A stretch of DNA of 64,000 bases from Anthoceros angustus (lineage: Eukaryota > Plantae > Anthocerotophyta): NCBI GenBank assembly GCA_010909165.1, contig VJWM01000011.1:1550001-1614000 (forward strand). Direction: 5' to 3'. The position numbers and the translations under genes are program-made. This document shows positions 10,975 through 24,088 of the stretch, one piece after another; within the stretch, counting starts at the first letter, position 1, and each line of letters starts with the position of its first letter. A model generated the notes under the pieces. It saw only the letters and a program-made list of their open reading frames with translations. It was not told where the DNA came from and made no database searches.

Positions 10975-11721
10975 GACTCGGCAACGGAATGTTGCCTAGC
11001 GCGAGCCTCAGGAGTCCGTCACTGCGCCAGGGCCTGCACAGTGCACACATGGTCCGCAAGACACAAGTCCGAGACAAGTCAGAAACACAGGCACGAGCAA
11101 ATTTGAAGGCCATCACCTCATGCACCGAGATGCAAATTCCGCCAGCTGCAACATCATCAGAAGTGAGGAAGAAAATGCACTCTACTTCACAGCACTGCAG
11201 GAAAATCGGATTTGCTGTGGAGCTAATCAAAACGATCGCTGCACTGACTACAGAGCCTTGACGAACAAGTAGCTCACAACGCGCACCAATTTTCAGCTTC
11301 CCTCTCGTGCTCCAATTTTGCGTTTATTAGAAATGATTTAGTGCAACATATCAAAATGTGTTAGAGACTGAATGATGGCTGCGTCCATAGCCACTCTGGA
11401 GATCGAATATGGATGTTGAGACTGAGGAACACTTTGTTTTCCTCTGTCTCATATATGAAGATATTAAGTATATATTTATCAATTTATTTACAACATCTCA
11501 ATCTTTACTAAAGGGTTTTTTCAATTATTTTGATCCTATTATTGTAGGAGTTTGCTTGAAACAAATATGAAAGATGAGGACCACCCAAATTCAACTTCTC
11601 AACTTGCCGGATATTTGATTATGCTTCACAGCACTAGTCTCTAAGCCAAACTCAGAATAGCAGTTAATTTTCACGATAGTTTCCATGTATATCTGTCAAA
11701 TCAGTCCCATGACGGAAATCA

Positions 11722-12390
11722 TCCTTAGTGGACTTAAATAAAATTCTTCTTCTTCTTCTTCCGTTATGAATAGTGCCCTAAAAAATAGGTCATAAAGAGT
11801 GCTCTAAAAATAATAAATTTGTATATGTCGCGCCATAACCGCATAGCTGCTCACTTCTCTCACGAAACAAACCAAGTCTACCATGAACCAAGCTCTATTA
11901 TGCTTTACACTCCATTTACCTATTTCTATTGCATAAAATAAGAGCCGCAAATGGGATTGCTGATGTGCAAAAATCAAAGTATTTCGATTTCATTCACTCG
12001 CACACACACACACTGATTGGGCTCTGCTGCATACGGGATCTGTGTGTCTACACACATCCGCCTATCTCGGCACTTCCTTCGGTAAACATCAGCAATCCAC
12101 CTCCTTCGGATTGCTCCTTCCTTTTATGAGCCATCCTCCTCCATGCCATAAATGTCTTTGCTATCTTGAGGAGATGTGCGCCATGACCGAGGCGCCGCCT
12201 TTGCGTTAATGCTCTTGTCTTCCTCTTGACTTTCTGCCACACGCCATTTATGCACATACGGCTTACACGGGCCTTTCCTTACAATACTCGTACTATGCAG
12301 CTACCATACGATTGCTATACGGTTATGCTTACCAACATGCACATCCCCTAAAAGAAGAAGAAGAAGAATTTTATTTGAGTCCACTAAGGA
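11722..12390. repeat. 39-bp inverted repeat pair (11722-11760 and 12352-12390) ending in AATAAAA-(TTC)n
   Basis: TCCTTAGTGGACTYAAATAAAATTCTTCTTCTTCTTCTT and its reverse complement, one mismatch. Confidence 0.8.
12001..12350. repeat. Dispersed repeat of about 350 bp, copy 2
   Basis: Direct match to 1-355. Confidence 0.85.
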
Positions 12391-12994
12391 CATGCCATAG
12401 CCACGCTCGGAGAGGCACGGGCGATGCCCGGGCTTCCACAATCAAGACGTAACCTAACGGAATGTCTTCAATGCTCACGTGGTGCGCTATAAACGGGATT
12501 ATTAGGCCTCACTCCATCTCCTTCCCCACACATTTAAATTTCCTTACGGACTCCCACGACTCCGCCTCGCTGATGCACCGCCATGGGCGCCATCTCCCGG
12601 CCGGGGCTGGGCTGCCGTCTCCTCAGGCAGGCCAGTCTAACAAGTGGAAATTGTGCAACCTCTAGGTCACGAGCAACGATATTCTTGGCGGCGTCATGGT
12701 GTTCCGAACGACCTCTACGGAAGTTTGTTCTTCCACATTCGAGACCGCATTCTATCTGGCATTGCGAAGATTAGGGCGTAAGATAGCATTTCATTTCTCC
12801 GATCACCAAAGCCGTGTTCGTGAAAATCTGCTGATATGAATAGACTGGGCCGGCCCTCTCGTAATCAAGTCGGGCCGCCGTCCCGCCCTCCGTGCTGCTG
12901 CGGGTCTAGCCCTCCGCTACTACCGTGCTCCCGCCTATGTTTCTCCTACCAAAATTTACTCCTTGCGAGAAGGACGCCGTTGGTGCCTGAAGGC

Positions 12995-13215
12995 CGAGAG
13001 CTTGGGAGCCGAGAGCGTGGGAAGCTTAGGAGCCGAGAGCATGGGAAGCTTGGGAGCCGAGAGCGTGGGAAGCTTGGAAGCCTGAAGGTCGCGAGTGTGG
13101 GAAGCTTGGGAGTCGAGAGCGTGGGAAGCTTCAAGGGAGCTTGGGAGCTCAAGTAGAGCGTGGGAGGCTTCAAGGGAGCTTGGGAGTGGCCGAGAGCGTG
13201 GGAAACTTGGGAGCT
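12995..13215. repeat. Tandem array of an approximately 24-bp unit GGGAAGCTTGGGAGCCGAGAGCGT
   Basis: About 8-9 degenerate units are visible. Confidence 0.85.
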
Positions 13216-14924
13216 GTGGTGCTGGTGCTCCTACCCTTGCTTGTCTTCTTGCTCCCGCCCGCTGTGCCGCCGCCTCAGGCCGGCTGCTCCCGCCCTCTGC
13301 TAGTGTTGGTGCTCTGCTAGTGCCACGCTCCCGCCAGGCCGGTGCTCGCTAGTGCCGGTCTGCCGCCCCGCCTCTGCAAGTTTTGGTGCTCCCCGCACTG
13401 CTAGTGTTGGTGCTGGTGCCGCTACTCCCGCCTTTGCTGTCGCTCCTCAACGATCGCTGCTGTTTTGCCCTCGCTGGTTTGTGCTTTTATTAACATGTTG
13501 CTAAAGCTTTTCGTTGTAGATGTGCTAGCTTGAATCGCCAGCAGTCATCTACCACGCTATCGTCAACAAGGGCCATTTGGGTCAACATTGAGGACAAGGT
13601 GCTAGGATGCTGCATCTATTTATAGTGACATGGTGGCGCCGATGAGGAGATTGTAGGAATGACACGGAATCGAAGCGTGCTCTAAAGAATGCCGTGGACT
13701 CGACAAGCCCGTGGTGTGACGAAGCCTTGAGGACGCACCCAAGTGGAAGCGCCCACTTGGTGTTGGCACACTGGAGACTTTGTCCCGCGAGAGGAAGGGG
13801 TGAACGTCAGATGATGCTTCAACTAAGGAGGCGGTGGGAGGCGACGTGTTTGACCTCGTTTGGTGTAACAGAACGGCCTGAGGCTTACGGTGGAAAGGAT
13901 CCAAAAGTTTTCGATAAGGAGGGCGGAACATTGATGACCGATCTTCCATATTTATGGTAGCGAGCTAGTAGTGGTGGCCAAAAATCCCGAGGTTGATGGC
14001 CTTGGGCATCCTAGTGGAGAAAAATGCACAAGGTCAGAACTGTTAGCCTTCAAACAAGAAACAGATGGGAGGAAAGCCTTGAAGGAGGAGAAGAAGAAGG
14101 GTCAGGGGAGAAGGAGAAGAAAGTGGATGTCCGGTGAAGAGACCTCGATTCACAAGGTCCCGTAACAAGGTCACAGAGGTGGGGAAAGGTAAGGCTGGAT
14201 TGAGCATGTGTCTTGATTCGAGGACCATGAGGAGGTGAGACAGTGACGGTGAGGGGAGCAAGAGCAGGAGGACATGCCGCCAAGGAGCGTGAGGAAGAAC
14301 TTATTCGATAAGGAGGCGTAAGTCATAGGCTTGGTAGAGGAGGACAAAATCATCGTGTTCTTTCAGCAGAGGATGGAGAAGAGGAGGCACAATCGTGTGG
14401 GTCATTTTCGCTCCAAATAGTTGATTGTCCAAGTTTTTTTGGTGATATGCTTGAGCTTGATCCTGTGAGCGCAGTGATTGCGGATCGGTCCGGATATGCC
14501 GTCACAGTGCTCAATGTTTTGTGTTGGAGCTTGATCCAGCAGATTGTTTTGTGTTTGAAGTGTGCTTTCAACCTTGACAGATGCATCTAATGACATCCGC
14601 ATGCCTTGAGCGCCTTAGCAGTGAGTGGTGGGTGTGATGCGTGATGATGCGTCTCTTTGTCCAGATGTCACAGGCTCAAAATCATGCGCTTCATTAGCTT
14701 ATGGTTGTAGTGCGCCATGAGCTTATGGTTGCCGGGTCACAGGTGATCAGTGCAAAGCTGTGAATGGGTAGGTGGTTTAGGTTAGATGGTTGGCCCGATA
14801 GGTCATGTGCTCGAATATTTTTATGTGTGTGTTGGAGCTTGATCCGAGCTGATTGTTTTGTGTGTGTGGTGTGCTTTGAACCTTGACAGATACCGCTTCT
14901 ACTCACGCTTGAACACGTGAATAC

Positions 14925-15045
14925 CGCCTTCAGCAATCCTGCCGCAGCCTGCCTTCAGCAGCCCCCTGCCTTCCACAGCCCCGCCTTCAGCAGCCCCGCC
15001 TTCCAGCCCCGGCCTTCAGCCCTTCAAAGACACCGCCTTCAGATC
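14925..15045. repeat. Short tandem array of a CAGCCCCGCCTTC-like unit
   Basis: Directly visible. Confidence 0.7.
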
Positions 15046-15719
15046 CTTGACATGATTAGCCTTGTGTGTCGGATCCTTGACACCCACATCCTTCCGTGTT
15101 AGACAATATGAATGCACAGCCTTGAGCCCTAGCGTAGGTGGTGGGTGATGCGGCCGTGTTAGATGCTTTGTCTACATGTCATCTACATGCTCGGTTTGCG
15201 TGCCCCGCCTTGAGCCCTACCACACATTTCAAAGGGTTTCCATGGTTTCGCATCCATCGCGATTAATGTGTTTGCCCTTGCACAATTGTGTACACGATGG
15301 GATCCGTGTTTTTATTTGCGACCTTATGTTGACTGACACCGATTGTACAAAAGTATCGCCTTGGCAAGCTCGTTTTGTAAGTTCATCACCGCATGGTGTG
15401 GGTGTTTCCAAGTTGGTAGCATGCTAATTCTTTGCTCGCATTTGTTTTCCCAACTCGCTGATTGTTCAAACCGCTTTAGGCTCTGTTGGGAGGGATACTT
15501 CATGGGGCACTTGGGCATTCCGACATCCGGTGCACATTGGCAAGGGTGCAATCGGGCATATTGACATCCGGTGTTGTTTGGTCATTCGGTCAGACCGCTC
15601 GCAGTCGCCGCGGCTTCCGCTGTGTGGGCATCTTGGCATGGGGTGCGGCTTCATCACCACGGCAATTGGGCATTTTGTCATTCCCTCGCGCTGCGCGCAT
15701 TTCATTCCCTAATGTCCGC

Positions 15720-16200
15720 AGATGGGCATTTCGTCATTCCCTAATATGTACATTTCATTCCATCATGTCGCGCTAAGGCATTTCGTCATTCGATCATGTT
15801 GGCTTGGGCATTTCGTCATTCCATCATGTCGGGATGGGCATTTCGTCATTCGATCATGTCGGCTTGGGCATTTCGTCATTCCATCATGTCGGCATTTGGG
15901 CATTTCGTCATTCGATCATGTTGGCGATTGGGCATTTCGTCATTCCATCATGTCGGGCAGTTGGGCATTTTGTCATTCCATCATGTCGGGCAGTTGGGCA
16001 TTTCGTCATTCCATCATGTCGGGCAGTTGGGCATTTCGTCATTCCATCATGTCGGGCAGTTGGGCATTTCGTCATTCCATCATGTCGAGGCAGTTGGGCA
16101 TTTCTTCATTCCCTAATGCGAGTGATTGGGCATTAGTCATTCCCTCACGTCGGGCAGTTGGGCATTCCGTCATTCCCTCACGTCGGGCAGTTGGCCATTT
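15720..16200. repeat. Tandem array of an approximately 33-bp unit GGGCATTTCGTCATTCCATCATGTCGGGCAGTT
   Basis: More than a dozen units; this array explains the repetitive ORFs at 15722-16417. Confidence 0.9.
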
Positions 16201-16299
16201 TTGGAAGTTCATCTCTCTTGTTTTACAATGTGCATCCCACCCTCTTGTGCACACCGATACTCGAGCGCACAAGCACATAAAGCATAAATTCTGGTTGAG

Positions 16300-18550
16300 G
16301 AGCTTATCTCCTTGTCAAGGAAGAGAACCGCTTGTCATGATTGCAAGCGAGGAGACAAGCAATCTAGTGGCAGCAAAATTGCTCTTGGTGAGCTCACCAG
16401 CACGCGCCTTGCAATAATCTATGACAAGAAGGTATGGATCTTTCCAGACTTCAACTTTATATTCTTTTCAACGAACAAATGCCGGAGTATTCTCTGTAGA
16501 AGAGGATGCACATGTTGCCCATGTTCGAGGCAACATCGTATTGCATGTGAGGCGCAGACAATCTCACCCAACAACAAGGAGCGTGACACCTTCAACGAAC
16601 GGTTAATTTGGCGGAGGACTTACATGATGCCTTCGGCCGTATACATAGTTTGACGCTGAAGGGAAAAAGGACTCCTCAGTGGATTCCAGCTCCTTGTTAC
16701 ACCAGCCAAAATGTGCCCCTTCATATCACAAAGTGCTGCGTGTGCACCAGGTTGTCCTCCTGTTGTTTGCATCCCTTGGCTCTTGTTTCAATTTGCTGTC
16801 CATGTCTCTAACGACTATTGGTTCCATGGTGATTTGCAGGGGGTTCGGATGCTATGAGTTCGTTTTCCTCCCCTGTGGGCACTGTTTTCATGATGCATGC
16901 CTCTACCAACACATGTTGGTCACGTGACTGCCCCAATCCCGCTTGTTGTCTTCCGCCTCGCAAAGTGGCTCAAGGCTAAGGGTTGGCTATTCATTGGCAC
17001 CGCCCCGCACTGCCGATGATTGATTTGTAGCTCCCACTATAAATAGTGTTCGATGGCTTTTTGAATCAGGATGGAATCTGAAAACGGAAGCAATAACGAT
17101 TTTCAAATCCAAGAAGGTACTTGTTTTCGTCTTATACGTTTTTTTACTTTGCTTTTTCTTTTACTAACTTTTAGTGTGTCAACCCCCTGCAGACAGCAAC
17201 TACAGGACGCCACCCTGTGAGCGCCCCACTGACAAATTGCTTCCCACCCATGGGGATCCAGGATATGACGCTAACGCAGAGTTTCAACCACCACTGCTGG
17301 AGATAAGAAAGATCGAAAAATGATTGCTGTTAGTCCTGTATGTTCTCGTTGATCAGAGTCTAACAAAACCCGTGGGTTGCAGTCCTCTGCGAGCACACAA
17401 TGTTCTCTGTGATGGACAAACAAGACCTTAAGCATCTTTGCGAGATGCACCTTGATTGAATAAGATAAAGAAGGTAAGCACTTTTCTTTAATTCATAAAC
17501 TTGATCTAATTATGCTCAAATCCAAAATCTTAACCCTAAATTTATCTCTCAGGATATCAAAAGAACCTTGAACAACTCAATTGGGAACGTACACTTGTGG
17601 AAAGGTTTAATGGACACGATTTCAATGCAAACAATGTTGGAGGGATATCAAAGTTCAATCCAGCAATCGAGGTAATCAAAATTACATTCATACCTTCTTT
17701 GCTTCTTCACATTTACCTTCTTATAACTTAACACATTCGAATCTTTGGAAAACAAGTCTGCAAAAACATAAAGGACAAAGTCGATAAGATTGACAACAAC
17801 ATTGACAACGCAGCCATCTCCAATCGTATACAAAATGTATTAGGTATATAATTTGCATTAATATGATTTTGGTTTAAGAAAGTAATGATTTTGGTTTTGA
17901 TCGTGCAAAAAGAGAAAAATTGATGACTTCAGGAGGATGGACCAACTTACGGGCCGTCACTTGAGTTCACCGAGTTTGGAAAGTGGATGAGCAATTTTCA
18001 ATATCCACCACTTTTCAAGACTTTAAAGATAAGTATTCGCAATTTGGGAGCATAGTCTAAAAGAGCACAAACCCATCTTGAATGAAGATGGGTCCAACCC
18101 AACATTCGAAAGCAAAGACAAATCCAAGCAAGTAAGCGATAACTTCTCTTTTCACTATTATTTTCATTACATATAATTCTATGTAATGTAATGTATGCAT
18201 TGAATGCGAGATAGGGCAGCAATTGAAAATAAGGAGTTGAAAACGATGACTTGTTGTCTCTCATGGAAGAACCAGAGACAACTAAAACATTCAAAAGGTA
18301 CATCGTTTGAAAGGTAATATCCGCTTGCATTCCAAAAAATTCTAATGTTTATGTTTCTTCGTAACATACGATCACATTTCCGCAGCAGGGGAATCTTCAC
18401 AAAGACGTGTTTAACGCTTGTCGAAAAGGTATATGCAAAGAAAGATCTTCTCCGAATTGAAATGGAGGTAAATGACTAATTACTTTTACTTTTTGTTTGT
18501 AGTTATCGGAGAATCAAAACGAGTTGTTTTCACTCTTTGAGGTGAGTACT
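16300..18550 (+). pseudogene. Degenerate multi-exon gene with a RING-H2 finger, probably transposon-borne
   Basis: Removing intron 16751-16839 (GT...CTAAC...GCAG) joins KCCVCTR to GFGCYEFVFLPCGHCFHDACL; DCPNPAC follows after a frameshift. Further AT-rich GT-AG intron-like segments at about 17117-17191, 17474-17551 and 17844-17932. Many stops. Confidence 0.5.
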
Positions 18551-19043
18551 AAAGTTAAAAATAGATAAGTTTTATATATGAATTCGACAATGGTTTAAAT
18601 TGCGTAAATATTCTCGCTTGATGAAATATTCAAATGATAATACATTTATCCGGACCATACAATCAGCAGCTCAAAAGTACTATTCAAGAGACGGACACGA
18701 ACCATATTACACTCCATCTACTCCAATAGAATATGTGTGATTTAACCAAAACTATTTTGATTAGAGCCTAATTACGATGGATGATGATAATCCTTTTATT
18801 GTGTAAAAGGATTGAAAACGAAATGATACGAGTGAAGTTACCGTAAGAGAGAGAGAAATGACATATAAGCCGGGTGGTATAGGCACCCGCCTAAACAAGA
18901 TCATGCACTCCCGCCTCCGCCTCTGCAGAGTTGCGCGCGCCTCGGCCCGCCGCCTTACGCTGTGGAAAGCCGGGCGACGGTTTAGAACGGTCTCGGCCTC
19001 ACGGCCTCGACTGCTCGGCCGTGACGCCCGCGTCTGCCCCTAA

Positions 19044-19170
19044 TACATGGGCACTTGTATATTGGTGTACTTGTCTTGCCATGTGGTTACGGTCCCGTGG
19101 TTACATGGGCACTTGTATATTGGTGTACTTGTCTTGCCATGTGGCTACATGGCTACATGGCACGGTTACA
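19044..19170. repeat. Two copies of an approximately 58-bp unit, reverse complement of the subterminal repeats at 33750-33910
   Basis: TACATGGGCACTTGTATATTGGTGTACTTGTCTTGCCATGTGG matches the 33780-33900 region in inverted orientation. Confidence 0.8.
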
Positions 19171-22100
19171 TGGCTACTTCAACACTTGTTCGCATCATGT
19201 GTTTTGTGCCGGTTGGGCACTTCACCACTGCAGGTGTGTGGTAGCTTTCGTGTTTAGGGCTTTGCTTAAAGTCCATGCTTTGGCGTCCGATAACTATACC
19301 TTTGTTTTGTAGGGCGGTCACGGCGCGCGACAGGCAGCTCATCCCGGTCACGGTGCGCGACAGGCAGCTCATCCCCGTCACGGCGCGACAGAAGTTACAT
19401 TGGGCGCCCACATGGCTTCGACAGCGGCTCTGCTTTCGCCCGGAACCCATCCTCCGCGTCGACGGTCCCGCTGGTTCTTCGTGGTTTGGGAGTGCTTCAC
19501 CTCCACCGGGTTAACTCTACAGAGACCACTTCTCTCACACAATCCTTCATCGTCAAGGGATTGAGACTGAGCATGATGCTTTCCGCTTTTCACTATCTTT
19601 GTTTGAATTGGAAGGGATATGGGTGGATCTGGGTTTCGCGAGGGTCAGAGGGTGTGGTGATTCCACCGCTGGGATGTCTCGAGTATATCCTTTGACCGAC
19701 ACACCCCGCCCTATTGGGAGTTGGGCTTTCTTGTTGATCGGAATTGTAATGAAGAAGCGTTATCCTTTGCCGCGGAACTGGTCGGCGGTTATGCAGGATC
19801 CGGTTGGGAAGGATGCCGGTGGAAGTGGGTGCCTCAGTCTCCATCTTGCAATGAGGAAATTTCAGTTCGAGCACGAGATCCAATGCATCGAGGTCGGACG
19901 AGTTCAAGGGATGTATGAGTTTGAGGCAAGAATTCGCCATTGGTGCAATTTTTTGCATTTACCCGAGCATCGACATTGTTGTCGGCGACCCGGAGGCCCG
20001 GGTGACATGGTCCGAGTCCTCACGAGTAAGAGATTGGTTGTCCACATGCTAAGGGCATTGTAATGTGACTAATCGCTTGAGAAATTGAAGCAGGAGGCCC
20101 AGGCTGGTGGCAAAGTTTACCACAAGATGTGGTTCCAGGTGCAAGTGATTTCGTTGAAGACAGCAACTTCTTTGCTGGCTGGGAAGTTGGATTGAGAGGT
20201 GGCCAAGCTGTAGGCTTAATGTCTAGATGTGAGCATCAGGCAGCACCACGCTGCCTGATGGTTGGCATGTGAAGCAATTCTAGGTAGGCGGCTAGAATGC
20301 TGTTTCTAGGCTTCCGACATTTTCATACATAACGCTCTTGTGTACCAGGTTTCGTGTACAGACAACAAGGTTGTAGGTTGAAGTCTGGTTGTAGGTTGTA
20401 GGTTGTAGGTTGTAGGTTGAAGTCTGAAAAAACTTTCAGGCTTCCAAACAAATAGGAGCTTGTTTACTGCTGAAAGCTCCATACGCTGAAGTCTGTTTCT
20501 AGGTTTTGCATATGTGAATGTGCTCAGAGGTGAAGGCATGTGTGTGTGAAAGCTTCCCAGAGTAGTGGATGTGAAGCCGCTTGAGGGTTCGCTGGTTCTA
20601 GCCTCACGACAAACCGACGGGCATCACGACACATCAAACACTCATACAAAGCAGACTTCGAGCATCACAATCAAAGCAGACTTCGGGCAATAGAAATCTT
20701 ATTAGATACATGTCCAGAGTTTTTCTCACCTTTCTGACATCATGCCCATTCAGAGGCAAACTTTACAATGCCCAAGGCCTCACTCACAAATTCAAAATCC
20801 ATCCCACTGATTGGCCATCTAGGCTTGCTTTCCACAGACCCGGGCATGATTCAATGAGAAGTAATCATCTCACCCCTTTCAATGGTGGCCTTATGCACAC
20901 GCGTGGCCTTCTACCCGGGCAACTTAAAGCCCGCGGTCTACCCCTAGTTCCACTTTATGAGCACGAGCACCCTCGCTGCACTACGGGGTCCCGCCTTTGC
21001 ACTCAATGGAAGCTATGGCGCCCTTGACAGGAATGGATGATATTGTTGTGATGGAGGGGACATGGAATCTCCAAGCCGAGCAACGGCCAAGGGCGCCTCT
21101 TTGCCGGAGGTGAGTATCACCATCTAGCTATGATGATTCACGCTTTTCAACTTGGCTAAAGATTGCATCGAATGGAACGGGCCAAGGCACGGCAGCGCTA
21201 TCGGAAGAAGGTGCGAGCTCTGGTTGGCCCCTATGCCAGCCTTCACGCACTGCAGGCCGATGGACGGAGGACAAGGTGCTCTCCACGGATGACTCAGCGA
21301 GCACGACACCGCGTTGTGGTAGATCGAGGCGCCTCGAGCGGGTGGTTTCCTTGTCATCGTGCTTGCATATAGCATGTATGGTCGAGGCATGTCCGCAAGA
21401 GGGATGTGTGGCACACCGCCCGCTCATGGGTGTGCTATGCTTGGCGAGGCGATGTATTCGTACGCCGGGTCAAGGCTGCCTGAATCTTTGCTTGTTGCTT
21501 CCTCGCTCAATTGTGGAATGATTTGTACATTATACTTTCTAGCAGAGAGGCATGAGTGTCGTGCATTGTGAAATCGATGCTATGGCACTATACCACAATT
21601 CAATAATAAAATGATGTCTTCATTCTCTCGGCTAAAACGAGGCTTGCCATTTCCAAAACTCTTCACAAATGGCCTTGATGCTTTTCATTTTGACACACTG
21701 CCTTAGGAGACAGTGCTTTTTAGGCTGCGTAGCCTTGTGTAGCTAGCCATTCTTTTGAGGCAATGTAGCTCGTGTAGCTATGCGAAGTGCACACTGATTA
21801 ACACCCGTGTAGGGTGTTAATCAGACAAATCCAAATGCACATCTAGACAAGCAAGGCAAGTGTGAAGGCTCACAACTGCACAACATTCCAATTGCCAATC
21901 TGAACACACTGAACTCACACACACAACATAGTTTGAATCCATGTCACAACATCCGCTGAGCCGAGCCTGGCATGTTTAACATGGTTCACCACCAAACTAA
22001 AACCATATCTCGCAGAAAATCAGAGGCATCCACAGCTAAATTGCCCAGACACTTCCACACCAGTTGGGACTCCACACTCTCTGACAAGTCGTGGATAGCT

Positions 22101-22277
22101 TTGCTGCAGTCCCTCTCCTAGTTCGCCACAGCTTGATCCAGCCATGCTCTATATCCAGCAGAAAGCCAGTACAGCTGTGGAGTCTTCTTGTTCTTCTCGT
22201 TGGCCTTCGGAATAGCTACCATTGGAAACTTTGTGGTCACATGTTGCCTTCAAGCATTATTGGGTCACCACGTGGCC

Positions 22278-24088
22278 TCAATCTAGCAGCTCAAAGGCAC
22301 TTTTGTCAGACGGCACTTGCTCATAGTAATAACCTTTCACCACTTTTTCACCCGCCGTAAAAATCTCACCACCCCAAGCGGGGTCTTCCGTCTGCTCAGC
22401 TAATGTCGTGAGTGCCTCTGTGCATTTCAGTGCATACCACTTGACCTTCTCCTTATTATCCTTCATTGCACGCACCATGAAATTGTCTCCTGGATGCAGT
22501 GACGCTGCACCAAATTCCAGACCTGGTGGTGCTTCCACCAAGGCACCTTGTGCTGCTTTCTTGGGACGCCCTGGTCTCCCGGTCTTGGAGGCACTCTTTC
22601 GTTTCAATGTGCCTGGAGTCTGATCCGGCTTGCCTCTTGGTTTGCGGAGAGACTGACGTCCCACCGAAGCTTCACCACATCGGAGTGTATGTCAAGTTGT
22701 GGTGCTTTCCGTCTACCAGGAATAGCTTTCGGTGAATTCAATTCCTTAACCTGCTCTGTGGGCACTTCCTTACCCAAAGGCAAGAGCTAGCTTGGGCCTC
22801 GCTCATAGTGGTCGGCAAAGTGGGCACTGCCACCAACAAGTTGCCACGTCAGCGGTGGCGACCCATAGTGGCCACTACACCACCACTGCAAGTGGCCACT
22901 ACATCACCAACACAAGTGGCCACTGCATCACTTGCACAAGTGGTCACTTCCTTACCACTCGGTGGGGCCACTTCCTCATCGTCCTTGGTGGTGGCCACCT
23001 CCTTCTCTGCTACCAATCCCCTCTCTAAGAGCATTTCCACATCTTTGGGCAATTCATCCTCAGCTGGCACTTCAGCTTCATCTTTGGGCACTTCATCCTC
23101 GTTTCATCTTCATCCATCGCAGCTTCCACATTCTTCCCTTCTGTGTCTCCATTGAGGTGGACAAAGACGGGCAAAAAATCTACGGCCTGAGTATCTGCCT
23201 GCACAATCTGGGTTTCAGTATCGACAGCCAAAGTTTCATCCTCTTGCACAACCTGAGTCTCCGTAAAAAGAATTTGGGTATCCTCCTCCACTGCCTGATT
23301 GTCCACTCCCTGAGATGCATCTTTGCCAGGCTGGACATCAACAGCCACACATGTGTGCCCACCATGTCTTGCCTGGTGAGGCATTATTGGCACACAAGCG
23401 CATGACCTGCCTCACTCACGGAACACTGGGGCCAACAACAAAGAGGTTGCCACGCTCGAGGCACCCCATTCATCGGAGGCCAACCCCAAACATGACACTG
23501 CTGGGCTGCCCGGAGAGTGGGAAAAATATCGCATCACACTACACCCTGTGGTGCGTGCCTCACTCGGACTCAAACCCCGGGTTTGAGTCCGAGGCACCAC
23601 CACCTCCGGCCAGATCTCGGATATAGTTGTGCATCGCCAACAAGGACGACTGGATTAGCCTCAGACCGTATGGGTGGCTGCTGCCCACGAGGTGGTGTGA
23701 TGAACGCCTGAGCACCTCCAAGCGGGACAAGGGCAGCCATCAGTATGTGCCTATGACCAAATGAATCCAAGTTAGCACAAATGTCTTGTGAAAGTTGTCC
23801 CAAATCATGAAGCCAACTTACACAATTACTAACTGTGAGACTCCCAAATGCCTTCTTCCGAGGCAACAGGGCACTATCTTGTGGCAAAGACACCGAATTC
23901 TTCCAAACGGTGCTCCATAATGTGGAAGTCTCGCAGGCAACCATGGTAATGCTCTGTCCACTCTCTCTCCTGATCACGTTCCCATGCGTGAAGCACCCGG
24001 AACGACGTATCGTGGACGTAAGTAATTTGCCCTTGCTCAACTTGTTGATCTCTGGCGCACGATTCCAATTGTCCGGACTACCCTGCAT
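22278..24088 (-). pseudogene. Degenerate transposon-associated ORF with an acidic low-complexity middle and a C-terminal domain related to the transposase tail at 34894-35256
   Basis: GDNFMVRA...WYALKCTE...AGEKVVKGYYY aligns by eye with GDNFMVFA...FYLLQCTE...AGEAVVVGQYY. Fragmented by stops and frameshifts. Confidence 0.5.

Noticed and set aside
5472-12000. ArsR-type regulator or other ars genes (arsH, arsM) in the cluster
   Set aside because: No recognisable motifs in any listed ORF or in the frames read by eye.
15720-16417. CRISPR array or repetitive protein (GHFVIPSCRAV)n
   Set aside because: Head-to-tail 33-bp units without unique spacers and no cas genes; all three frames are open simply because the unit length is a multiple of three.
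21163-21372. CCT-like basic motif (RMERAKARQRYRKKVR)
   Set aside because: The similarity is limited to a few basic residues and the rest of the CCT consensus is absent.
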